DNA of 64,000 nucleotides, taken from contig CM106585.1 in assembly GCA_048013815.1 (NCBI GenBank), positions 21,204,001-21,268,000 on the forward strand, read 5' to 3'. Below, in pieces: positions 23,201 through 33,586 of the stretch. The stretch's first letter is position 1. Every line of letters starts with the position of its first letter. A program made the translations under genes and the position numbers. Below the pieces are notes generated by a model. It was not told the DNA's origin. It ran no database searches and saw only the letters and a list, made by a program, of their open reading frames with translations. Origin of the DNA: Setoptus koraiensis (taxonomy: Eukaryota; Animalia; Arthropoda).

Positions 23201-23839
23201 TGGGGAAGCAACGTTTGGGCGTGTTGTAACATGATTGTCACAGGGATGGAATTGATTGGACCAATAATTAAGCCAGATTATTTACAGTTACCCAAAATTC
23301 GTCAACTTTATTACAGGTTATTATTATATTTGTGCGATGAGGAGGAACGACTTGAGCACCTTTCCAATGATCTGATACAGAATGTGATCTCCAAAGTGTT
23401 ACTATCATTTAGATCAAACTTTGATAAAGAAACTGACACACACTGCATGTCAACAGTTTGTATTATGTGCCGATACATTTTTAAAGAAAGAGGAAATAGC
23501 AAATCAGAGAGGATGGCTGCATTCGTGCAACCTTGCCTAAGTGCTCTATTTGAAACTATGACCAATAGGAATCTTCTCTCATCGGGGGGTGACTATTGCG
23601 AAAACATGTCATCTGCATTCTTCTCGTTGCGAGTTTGTTTCCCGGATTTGTACAATGCCCATGTGGAACAACTCATTCAACGCCAGGATGACCCATATGT
23701 TCAACAACAAATACGAAACCTATTTATAAAACTAGAGGATAAACTGAACCTCACAGTGACTCGTGTATCATGTAGAGAGTTCAGCACGAGATTTGAGCCA
23801 TTTCTTGCCGAGTTACATCAATACATTGGATTCAAATAG
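20237..23839 (+). CDS. XPO4: Exportin-4-like karyopherin, intronless, 1200 aa
   Basis: Helical HEAT-like 1200-aa ORF. LFQAAMCLKNAISKDW, STSLGLQIWRH, DDLHWLLLITSNFL and DPIIRLV match XPO4 family segments as recalled. Confidence 0.8.
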   Translation: MDSNLMSATPSSSSASITETPTVRPTLTAAAVDNVIVQLETLTHIFYSNTGNQDINQWNEAQSKLLQFQQMADPFNMCRAIIQKSQNSLVLFQAAMCLKNAISKDWRKMEPDEISDLFQFLSEFLCAKSLDYDYSLSETVSLVCAMLLKKLAMCRYRDEVSKKVEQVISTLCSRVEDNNEALNRRYGCILMLNSLLIECQASKRSTSLGLQIWRHYSARKMIETHLKAIAEACLKTINWSISSNLLITTNPISRETLAVCNFTKSCIEAVEHALSWNSLDVSCAGAGDRILRIFQNRQIGTITQAAEHDKRLKAIQSWYELIMNPEVVKFLFDLYSKIKSLVDPSSNWNWPSSTLRICMNCLYHLADSQNIVMADKDDLRARFVENLMRGAINLMTSIVEKVDDCYEIANLLTAIVLHLETRRMLVVYDKSVLNSFIEVTAQFTCKVFVYTASQPSSIFNEEEEKSVDSLMDVWNIVVRTLDAYSKLEAELELSSSIPIDISSCARSITECYLRCHLNKPLGILEPSEDQEEVDIDNIEDYDDGVVHSMQLDSFGFIARVDAAHTCRLLIDLLGTRVQQFEALLAHSIPTRNGPEGMKEWETINDDLHWLLLITSNFLTQVGYGDIGLMCNEIIRLSIDAKADVDRTVAALGNFDYSSNDTDPIIRLVIIVLKLCQIEKSVCQSGKRLWLSGQTSSTLTTFMSKFCLTYIYPLESEYPTIAPALNYCFGQDSQTAEKMIEFVLDHACCKILFMKDEQQVVMRCVELFIQLLRYLPKPFINDKLPEIIQRSEMIKLFTMQLNPDNMQTFLPKTAKTLFKLATKLLRKETEWTNLVSFLQSRWTQITATLSGQLQPQVVNSDIVLNKFLEFCDYASGVCEASDDDNIERIFEQLLLPLVKELPAIMMAFRNFESAVTAIFDLLYLIVKVPLACMGIWEGPPIETFYSSCTDVLKAYAHISSGRISKSDDEESCDDLLACLQFMTEAMKKDWGSNVWACCNMIVTGMELIGPIIKPDYLQLPKIRQLYYRLLLYLCDEEERLEHLSNDLIQNVISKVLLSFRSNFDKETDTHCMSTVCIMCRYIFKERGNSKSERMAAFVQPCLSALFETMTNRNLLSSGGDYCENMSSAFFSLRVCFPDLYNAHVEQLIQRQDDPYVQQQIRNLFIKLEDKLNLTVTRVSCREFSTRFEPFLAELHQYIGFK

Positions 23840-24268
23840 TATATCTCATCGAATATAATGGATCAATACTCCCCCCAACCTTGGCCCTCAAAACTTGGAT
23901 AATCAATGAATGAAAAACTATTCAAAACACCTTCACATACCTTCTCCTTCAATCAGGTGTTTTATATATACATATACAATTAAATCTATATATCTAAGAA
24001 AACGATAAATAAAGCAAATATTTTGAATATCATCCTTCTCTAACTCGGCTAGTAGACTGATAGACTGAAATAGTTTGCTAAAACATCAAAGTACATCGGC
24101 GAATCTGGGGCGCCACCTATGAGGATATGACTCCTCTAATCAAATATACACACATGGCTTGTTTATCAAGCTGATCACAGATCTGGATTCCGAGGAAGTT
24201 TTTTCAAAAGCATATCGTTTATTTCATAATTTTTCGAAAACTCTTATCGTCAATCAACCTCACCACCC

Positions 24269-24670
24269 ATGCCAAGGCCGCCTCCCCCAAAAGGAATAAC
24301 CGGTGTAATCTCCAGGTTCAAAACTATACTACACGGCAAAGATTCCCGAATTCGTGAAAGCTCAGATAGTTGGCAGAGGTCAGCCTTTCAACAAAAAAAA
24401 CGCAACAAACCATCGTTATTTACGCGCTACTTTGATATGAACACACCTGATGGGTTTAATCTAGTACTGGTTTTCGCCTGTGTGATAATTGCCGGACCCA
24501 GCATATATGCTGGTTTCCAGAACGACAAGAAGGCAGGGAACCGTGAGAAATTTATTAATCTTATAATCAGAGATAAAACTAGAGATTATCCTTGGTTGGA
24601 TAAAGAGATTGACCCAAATGAAGATCTCGAAGACGATCAAACTGAGAAAGATGATATCAATTACCGCTAA
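24269..24670 (+). CDS. Hypothetical single-pass membrane protein, 133 aa
   Basis: ATG-initiated, non-repetitive ORF inside the gene-dense cluster. Basic N-terminus, one hydrophobic segment (FNLVLVFACVIIAGPSIYAGF) and an acidic tail. Family not recognised. Confidence 0.6.
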   Translation: MPRPPPPKGITGVISRFKTILHGKDSRIRESSDSWQRSAFQQKKRNKPSLFTRYFDMNTPDGFNLVLVFACVIIAGPSIYAGFQNDKKAGNREKFINLIIRDKTRDYPWLDKEIDPNEDLEDDQTEKDDINYR

Positions 24671-24887
24671 CTACAATCGACTTACGACAACCAAATGTCA
24701 GTAACACCGAGAGAGAATGATATCTCTCAAGACATCATGGCATGGACATATCTATTGTTACTCTTGTAAACAGTTATAAAATTATATAAAATGTGTAGCA
24801 CAAACAATACTATTAGGCACAAATACAATTGATCTTGATTCCCTTTCTGTTTCTAGAATTTGAACTTCATATTCTATGGTGTATAGA

Positions 24888-25709
24888 TTAGCATATTTTG
24901 AATTTTCCCGTACGCCGACTAGTTTTACTGAGAGGATTGGGGTATAATCTGATGTTGCTTTGAGCCTCTTTGGCTTTTTTCTCTGCTTGTATTTGTTGAG
25001 CTTTTGTCTTGAGCATGCTCTTTGTGATCTTGACAAAGACTTCCTCCACATTTATATCATCCTTTGCGCTCGTTTCTACCAAATCTATATTGTAAGAATG
25101 TGCTAAGCTTCTCGCTTCATCTGTACTGACAACTTTCTTTGTCATATTATCATTTTTATTACCAACAAGTATCTTATTTACTGTTTCGCAATACTGCTCT
25201 ATCTCAAGCAACCATCTCTGTATACTTTTGAAAGAATTTGCGTTTGTTACATCATACACCACCACTACACCATGAGTTCCACGATAGTAGGTCGATGTTA
25301 TGGTCCTGAACCTTTCCTGACCGGCTGTATCCCTTTATGAGAGGAGATAGGAAATTTAGAATATGATAAAAGTTAGTAGGAATCTGTTGCCATAAAAGTA
25401 TAACAAACTTTGATGAAAGGGCTCTATTTCTATTTACCATATCTGAAGCTTCACTTTCTGATTATCGATGGTCATAGTTCTAATTTTGAAGTCTACTCCT
25501 ATAGTTGTAATAAAATTGCCAGTGTATGAATTGTCGGCGAAGCGAAGTAATAGACTACTCTTTCCAACGCCACTGTCACCGATAAGTAGCAGTTTGAATA
25601 GGTGGCTGTAATCATTTTTCATGCCAACAAGCTTGTTGGTTTCCGTTTGCGTGTTTGAAGGCCCTGTCGAATAGGCTGACGAGAATGCAGATCTAGAATT
25701 GTAATTCAT
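24888..25709 (-). CDS. RAB35: Rab35 GTPase; exons 25709-25438 and 25332-24888
   Basis: [32 protein letters not shown]|[21 protein letters not shown] across a 105-nt GT-AG intron, GNKND and [13 protein letters not shown] is Rab35-like rather than Rab1-like (YYRGAHG). Confidence 0.92.
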
Positions 25710-26303
25710 TTTTGATTTTTTTTTTCTTAAGCTATCCTAATCTATAAATGTAGATGGAATATATTTCTCGCGGTATTGTTGAATCCTGTCAAGATTTAAC
25801 GATACAATCACAATAAAGATTGATAACATGCATCGTAATATTAAGAAAACAATAATAACTAAAAGAGGAATCCTTGTGTATTTGTAGGTTCGATTAAGAA
25901 CCACTCATCAATTTTACAAGTGCCATTGTTATTGGAATTTAACTAACAACAAAACCTACGCGTCTAGAATCGACATTACAAAACAGGGTTTTTTCTCTTT
26001 TTAAACTTGTTTTAGCCCTAGAATCGTCAACATGTGTTGCTGTACTTTCGGGAATATTAGCTTCAAGATCAGGTGTGATCATTTGTTTGTTGATCTTTCA
26101 TGCACGCAATCAAATGTGTCCATTTGTTTGTATATGCTTATTTATTTATTTATACCTCAACAACAATCATCTAGATATCAACATGTACCCTCATTTAGGA
26201 TAGATGACCAACGCCCAATTGATCCCTATTATTATGTCAAACACATGATATCCAACAAGTAATATCAAAATAGTTAAAATTTCCTCCATTCCACGTTAAT
26301 TAG

Positions 26304-27794
26304 ATGGCAACATTCATAGAACCAAGCATCTTACAGGCTAAGAGTTTGAGCGAGTATCTTTCTACTCTTTCAGTTGCTACCAGAGAGGATTTATACAGTC
26401 ACTCAGCAAATTGTCTTGCAGTGTTTCGGGACCTACCTCAACTAGCGAGGTTTTATGTGTTGCGACTCTTATTTGTAGAAGGTGTCATACCTCAGACACA
26501 TGTATCCACCTGGTCAAAATGTCTAACGTGAGTAAATTTTGCATGATCTTATTAATGTCATGCCGACTATCTCTTCCAAATAAGAAATATCAATCAACTA
26601 ACTCGAACCACTCTATCGAATCGATTCTCCATGTGTAGCGAGCATGAACAAGCTTGTGCAGCCCTAACCGGATTAAAAATTTGGTCCCATGCAAGTTTAC
26701 CAGGACTATCCGGACTACCTGGATGGTCCATGAATGATCTTTTTCGCAAGAATCTCAGAATCGCATTGAATGGCGGAGGACCGAAATGGGCCGTCCGGGC
26801 AATGCTGGATAAGGACAAACACGCGGTAGATGAGAAATTTCTCGATGCTTATTCCTTGAAAAGATGGGAAGGTATACTTCATTTTATGGTAGGATCCCAA
26901 GTGAATTTTGATGGTATCTCAACCGAAACTAGACAAGCACTTCTACATGCCGGATTGATCCGATTTGAAGCAAATGACTCCATGCCATGCATCACAGCAG
27001 ATGGATTTCAATTTCTTCTAATGGATACTAAATCTCAAATATGGTTATTTGTTCTCAAAATGCTCGAGCTGATAGACAGTAAAACATCCAACCTAGTCGA
27101 GTGCTTAACTTTTCTCATGCAACTCAATTTTTCTACTCTTGGCAGAGATTATTCCGCCGAGGGACTCACAGACACCATATTAAGCTTTTTACAACAATTG
27201 AGAGAAATAGGTCTCATGTATCAAAGGAAGCGCAAGGACGGACGTTTTTATCCTACCCGGCTAGTCATAGATTTAGCAAGTGGTTTGCGAGATGTCAAAA
27301 TCGATATACATAGGAAAGGATTTATCGTTGTTGAAAGCAATTATCGATTGTACGCTTACACAGATTCCCCTCTTCAAATTGCTTTGATAGCTTTATTTTG
27401 CGAAGTCCATTACCGTTTTCCAAACATTATCATCGGCCTTATAACAAGAGATAGTGTGAGACAAGCTCTAAAGAGTGGTATCTCGGCGAAACAGATTATC
27501 AACTATCTATTAATGCATGTGCATCCCATTGTCAAAGATAATGAACATGCTATACCTCCGACTGTTCTGGATCAGATAAATCTCTGGGAAAAGGAAAGGG
27601 ATAAATTCTTATTTAAAGAAGGAGTTCTGTACAGTCAGTTCAATTCACAAAGTGACTTTGAACTGCTGCGCAAGTATGCCAACGAGCTCGGTTGTCTGAT
27701 ATTTGATAACCCATCTAAGAGAGTGATGGTTGTTAGTAATGAGGGCCACGATGAAGTTAGACGATTTTGGAAGAAGCATAAGAAGGATCACTAG
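26304..27794 (+). CDS. GTF2H4: TFIIH subunit p52/Tfb2, ~459 aa; exons 26304-26527 and 26639-27794
   Basis: CLAVFRDLP, ITADGFQFLL, GRFYPTRL, IVVESNYRLYAYT and DQINLWEKERDK. 111-nt GTGAGT..TAG intron with a consistent phase 2 join. Confidence 0.96.
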
Positions 27795-28040
27795 ATATCA
27801 AGCCTACTAGCAAAAAAAAAAAAAAATAATAACTCGTACCTTTTGTGTATATAGAAATAAATGTATCTATAAATACAAAAATTTATTTCAGTTGTAAGAA
27901 TATGCACACTAGAACTTTTGGTGATAATTTGATGATATTGACGACAAGAGTGATATATTGGCAGTCAATCAACAAGTTGGTTTGATCTTTCTTTTAAAAT
28001 TTGTACACGAGTAGATTCGAATTTGAGTGAGAAGGCCCTC

Positions 28041-28760
28041 TCACTGCTGCTGATAGACTTTTATTGGTCGTTTGTTCCTCAGGTATTTTGTGAAAAAAGG
28101 GATGGCGCTTGATGTGGGGTCGCACACGGCCACTCTGGACCTTGGGATGAGTCTCTTTTTGTATAGATTGGCACGGGCAATGTCGGTTAACCAGGTTCCA
28201 ACCATTTGAAGACGATGTGTGGGATGAACCCATAGATATGTGACACCACAATCCGCTGGTACAGGATCAGTTTCGAGTTGGGATTTTTCATAATCGATAA
28301 GACAGTAGGCCTGTTTGATTGGTTCGGTGCAAATGTAACCGATCATGTGATGTGAGGAGTTGATGTAAACAAGAAAGAGCATATCTTGGGATTTAAGAAT
28401 TTTACAAATGTCATCCTCGACGCTCATATCATTCTCTGACATCTTGAGAACTCGGTTGACGGCATCTAGCACTGGTTTTGGGTCATTAGCTTTGATTGCA
28501 ACAATGCGGCTTCCGTCATCGAAATATTTCATCGGCCTCTCCATTCTTGAGGTCCATTTGATGCCCTCATCATAGGCTGCATGATATCTGGCGTGTTGTT
28601 TTTCGTCACTTTCCTCGCCAACAACATAGATCATTCCACAGACTTCACATCTTATTGGATCAAAGTTCTTCTGACCAAAATCTAGACAATATTGTTCGGA
28701 GGCCTTCATAAGGGGCACCCGTCTTCGATTTGAGCGGCGTTGTGGTGTTAGCTTCTTCAT
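28041..28760 (-). CDS. ESCO: Eco1/ESCO cohesin acetyltransferase, minimal form, 239 aa
   Basis: QYCLDFGQK PIP-box-like motif, C2H2 finger CEVC...QHARYH, and the acetyltransferase core CGVTYLWV...RVAVCDPT...FFTKY. Confidence 0.88.
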   Translation of the reverse strand: MKKLTPQRRSNRRRVPLMKASEQYCLDFGQKNFDPIRCEVCGMIYVVGEESDEKQHARYHAAYDEGIKWTSRMERPMKYFDDGSRIVAIKANDPKPVLDAVNRVLKMSENDMSVEDDICKILKSQDMLFLVYINSSHHMIGYICTEPIKQAYCLIDYEKSQLETDPVPADCGVTYLWVHPTHRLQMVGTWLTDIARANLYKKRLIPRSRVAVCDPTSSAIPFFTKYLRNKRPIKVYQQQ

Positions 28761-29230
28761 TTTGTATTGTTAGTTAATCGCTTTAGTTTGTTGAAATATT
28801 CCAATTAAGTGACGACAATAACAATGGTTTTATTAATATTTATATCCGTCGATTGAGATACTTGTTGATGATGTTTATTATTGGGTGCAATAGGACCTGT
28901 GTCCTCAACGGCACGCGCAAACGGACATCTTTGTGCGTGTGCCCTATCTACATATTCGGCACACAATGCTCATTCGTGCAATTACGTTCGTGCTTGCAAC
29001 CGTGCTTGGCTCTTACAGCATAACCAAGCAGTAAAAATTATCGATTAATTATCAGTCGCCACCATATCGAAGACAGACCTTGCTGTTTCAAATTATATAT
29101 AATTCAATAGATTGTTTGTATCATTTACAAAGAAAAAAACAACTTGGATTGCTTCGAAAACAATGCAATGTCCCTTCAACACGAACCCAAGGCAAGCACG
29201 TGGCATTGTGTGTGTTTTTTCGCGCTCACG

Positions 29231-29279
29231 GAAAGGACGACAAGAGAACTCATTGAATGAGTCCTCTTGTCGTCCTTTC
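29231..29279. repeat. Near-perfect inverted repeat (24-bp arms, 1 mismatch, 1-nt centre)
   Basis: GAAAGGACGACAAGAGAACTCATT-G-AATGAGTCCTCTTGTCGTCCTTTC, checked base by base. Confidence 0.95.
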
Positions 29280-30914
29280 GCGCACAACGCGCACACCAGT
29301 GCGCCCGTACCGGAGGGGGGCGTTCTTGTGCGGGATTCACTGTAGATTTGAGTGTACTTTTCGGGTGCACATGAGCCCCTCGATGCACAAAATGCGTCTG
29401 TGCAATCGAGACCTGAAGAATGTTTTGGTCGGAGTGACCCCAAACAAAAACACCTGAGGAACCGTGTTGTTGAACAAGAGAACAAGACCGACATGATGGG
29501 GCCAAGATGAAGGACGACACGATAAGCAAAAGTTGGGCACCTAGAGTGTGGAGCAAAGCTGATGTTAACCAGTTCCGAGATGGGTCAGTCTCAGAATGGA
29601 CAAGTGAGGCCGGAAATGCACAATTGTTGCAGTGGAAATCGCCCCCGTTACCATGGTGCATTGAGCCCGGCGCGAACACAATTCTTTCGGAGGGGCCAAA
29701 TCACAGATTGCGGAAATATTTGGTAACACGGGTGACAAACAGATCGGAACAAGTGAGCGAATAAAGAAATTCCAATGAAAGTAACTAGTATGACTGGCGT
29801 ACATCCAATTTCATGTGAGACCCGCTGAGGAATGCGAAAAATCCTTCGCTCGCCGACCTGAGTCCGAGCGTCTCAACTGGGTGTCGTAGTTGCAGAGTTG
29901 TATCCCGCTGCAAGCAACAACAATATTGTATAGCGCCCAGTTACATGAAATAGACGATGACACAGCAAAATAAAGCATGTAATGATGCTCTCTGGTCATC
30001 TCGGCGGCTTAATCTATTGCCATCAGTCTGCATTTAGACATTATTGGACTAAATATGTATGTACATGTGTCGTGATAGAACCTATTAATTTAACTTACAT
30101 CAGGTATATAAACCAATTATTCTCTCTCCATATGTGCTTGATCGACTGGACACCATCGAATAGTTTGGCATGGCGGCGTATGTGGCAAGCGTAGTGTTGT
30201 TATGTTAGCTATTCATAGATTATTCAAAAGTTCACAAGATGAAGCTGATGCGGACATTATGTTCACGATGATGATCGTCATGGGTAATCATCATCATTAA
30301 CGCCAACAAAAACCGGCTTTTACTGCTAACATTCAACTAGCAGCATTGATTTGCTACAAGTACTTGTAATTTAGATTAGATATTAGACGTCATTTAAAGT
30401 GAATATAGGATTAACTATAGTGAAGCCGACGCTCACCTCGCGTCATTGCTAATCTACCGAATTACTAGATTAGCAATGACATTTTCGATTATTCTCCCTG
30501 AGCTCGATTTTTTGGAACCCGAGCTATCTTGATTTATCTCCAGCTGACACACAAGCCAATAAATAGTAAACATAGACATGCACATACACAGTGAGTCAAT
30601 CAAGAACTATTAGGAGAATTTTGTATTTGTCACCTTCAGCAGATGTCATGTTCGATTTGATTTATTTTGCGCAAAAATAAATAATTCACTACAGAAATGG
30701 CTACTATTTATTCTGATTAGCAGTGGTAGTTGTGACCAATAGCTAATGGCCCATCAAGCCCGGTCGTTTGCATAGGCACCTGTTTCTTTTTTTGGCACAC
30801 AACACGGCTCACACCATGACACATTGAAACAACAAAAATCACACAGGTAAGTTTAACTGATCGTCAATCGTTTCCTTTGCGCCAACAGTATTGACCTGTA
30901 TTTGCTAGTCTTTC

Positions 30915-30946
<32 letters not shown>

Positions 30947-33448
30947 GTCCATGTCCAGTGGTTACATTGACTACCGCATAAACTAATCGTTATATTCTAG
31001 GCTAAATCAAGACGCGACACACATGCGATAGATAGACGACGACTTGCTGTTGGCTGCTAGTGGCAAGTTTTGGACAACAAGCAAGTTCAAGCAACTTGTA
31101 GACTGACCCGACTACTGTTCACTTATGTAACTTGTGTCTCGTTTGCATAGGGATCATTAATTTTCAGCTCAATCTCACACGTCAACCAAAGCGTAATAAT
31201 AATAATAATAATAACCACCAGCCAATTATGTGTGCATGGTAGTGGCAGTAGTGGCAGTCGGCAATTGATAATGGGAACACAATAATAGTAATCGAGGTAA
31301 TTTGAATTTAGATGTTTCGATTGCATTAGATGAGTTTATAAATGATGAAATGCTTTTATATCTTTGCCGCGACTATATGCGTGACTTGAAAGCGTTTCTC
31401 ACAATTACAGTACACACACACCAATGAGGAATTTTCGGGAGAGATGCAAATTATCGTTTGTTTAGTGGAGAAAAAGAAAACAAAATTTATGTAACAAGAC
31501 TTGCGAGCACATGAGCACATTGATGGGATTGGCATAGGCATATCTCGCGCTTGACCCAACGAAACTAATGAAAACAACAACAAAAAATATGCATCTATAG
31601 CTTATTCAATTAACCGTGCACTTATCAAACGGCAAAGACAAAACAAATGATTGATCTATCTGTTGTTTGTTGGTGACAATAACATATCAGTTTTGCAAAT
31701 ACTGCTAAAATACTGCTAAAATACTGCTACCTGTATCGGTTGTCTGGTTGAGCCTGGTTGTAAGTGTATCAGCGAGTTATCAGTGGTCGTTATCTGACAA
31801 TGGCCAACGAAACACCTCAATGGAGACAGAGGAAGCGAGACAGGTCAAACTTGTCTAGTCAAAGTGACACAAGTGACACACAGATAGATTGACAGTAGTC
31901 ATGGACTGGTTATAATGGCGTATTTGGTGTATATGCCATATATGTATGTATGGCTTGCGTATGCCAGCCAGTCACAAAGCCAGCCAGTCTGTAAGTGTTT
32001 ATGTAATATACTGAATAATAGAAGTATGATTGATGGTAACTAGTAACTAATAAGGTCAAATATTCTTGATGAGTACAGACAAGACAGTGAGGGAGATTTA
32101 TCTATCAGTTCAGTGATCCAAGACATTCAACTAAACTATGATAACTATCTAATGTCGTTAACGCAACGACCAGTCTTGTTGCTCATTCTTCTTTGAATAT
32201 TCAAACTGAATACGCCGCTGACCATCCATACCCATGAATCATATTTAAGATTGTTGTCGCTACACCTACACACACATACACACACATTATCAGCAGACTA
32301 TCCAAGGTCCGATTCAATGGATACAACGACGACACTAATGAATGACTATTACTACAGCATTGCCTAATCATAACACTTGACAGGTGGTAGATCATTAGGT
32401 AACTATGTTGAGAGAGCGACAACGACAACGACGACAGCAGCAACATTATTACATTAGCCATTAGAAAGTCACAATGCTCGACAGCGGCAACATGGCCAAT
32501 CTCAGATTGGCCATTCTTTCTTTTTTGCTCACGTTTACCTGTGTGTGTGTACGCTTACCTGAGGTGATTTCATATCCGATGTTGGCTGGCTGACTGACTG
32601 GCTGGCTGGCTGGCATGCCTGTTCACTGGTTCCTATGGTTGCCTGTCAACATGCTCATACATGACATATGATTTGAGGGTTTGATCATTTATGGCGCTTC
32701 GAAGCAGCAACGACAATGATGATGATAATCGCCAAGCGACAACAAACGTCATCTAAATTTAGCTAGTGGCGCATTAGCATGCATAATTTATGTATTCGTT
32801 GCTACAGGAAACTCACTTGCTCACAACGATAAAATGATCAATTAAACTACACACACACTGACAGTTCATAGTAGTCGAGAACAATTTTTTTCCTTTTTCC
32901 ACCTCTCAAATGAATAAATTGTAAACGATGCAGAGTTACATCATCACTGAGTTGACAATCTCTCTCCCTCTTTATGTTTGTCATGATTCTATACGTGCCT
33001 ACATTTGTACATTTGTCATTCGGAATACATCATCATCGTCTTCATCTCATTCGAGCTAGTGATTAACAAGCATCCGTGCATCTGATTTGAATATTTGTGA
33101 CAGATAAGCAGCCAGTCAGTCGAGCAAATTAGATGGATGGATAGATAGATTGGCCCAAGGCTATGTGGCGCCATCAAAATCAACATGCATCAGCAGCAGC
33201 AGTGATAGAAGAAAAAAGACCGTCGAGCCGAAAGATATATCTATTCGCACAACATATGTGTATCATTGGAATATGCTCAATTTTTCATCGTCATACGTTT
33301 TTATTATTATCGTCACCGTCATCATGGCTGGTTTTGTTTGACCAAAAGAGTTGGCAATTTCAATGATTTTCGCTCTTTATTACGCTTCTGATAACACTCA
33401 TTAATACTTCTCTCCGAATTGAGTTCAATCTTGCGCCGATGATTGAAG

Positions 33449-33449
<1 letters not shown>

Positions 33450-33487
<38 letters not shown>

Positions 33488-33543
33488 GTTTGACCCTTAA
33501 ATAACCACTGCATCCATCATTATCATTGCCAATATCGATTCGA

Positions 33544-33583
<40 letters not shown>
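33450..33583. repeat. Adjacent (CT)n and (TG)n microsatellites
   Basis: Read directly at ~33450-33483 and ~33545-33583. Confidence 0.92.
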
Positions 33584-33586
<3 letters not shown>

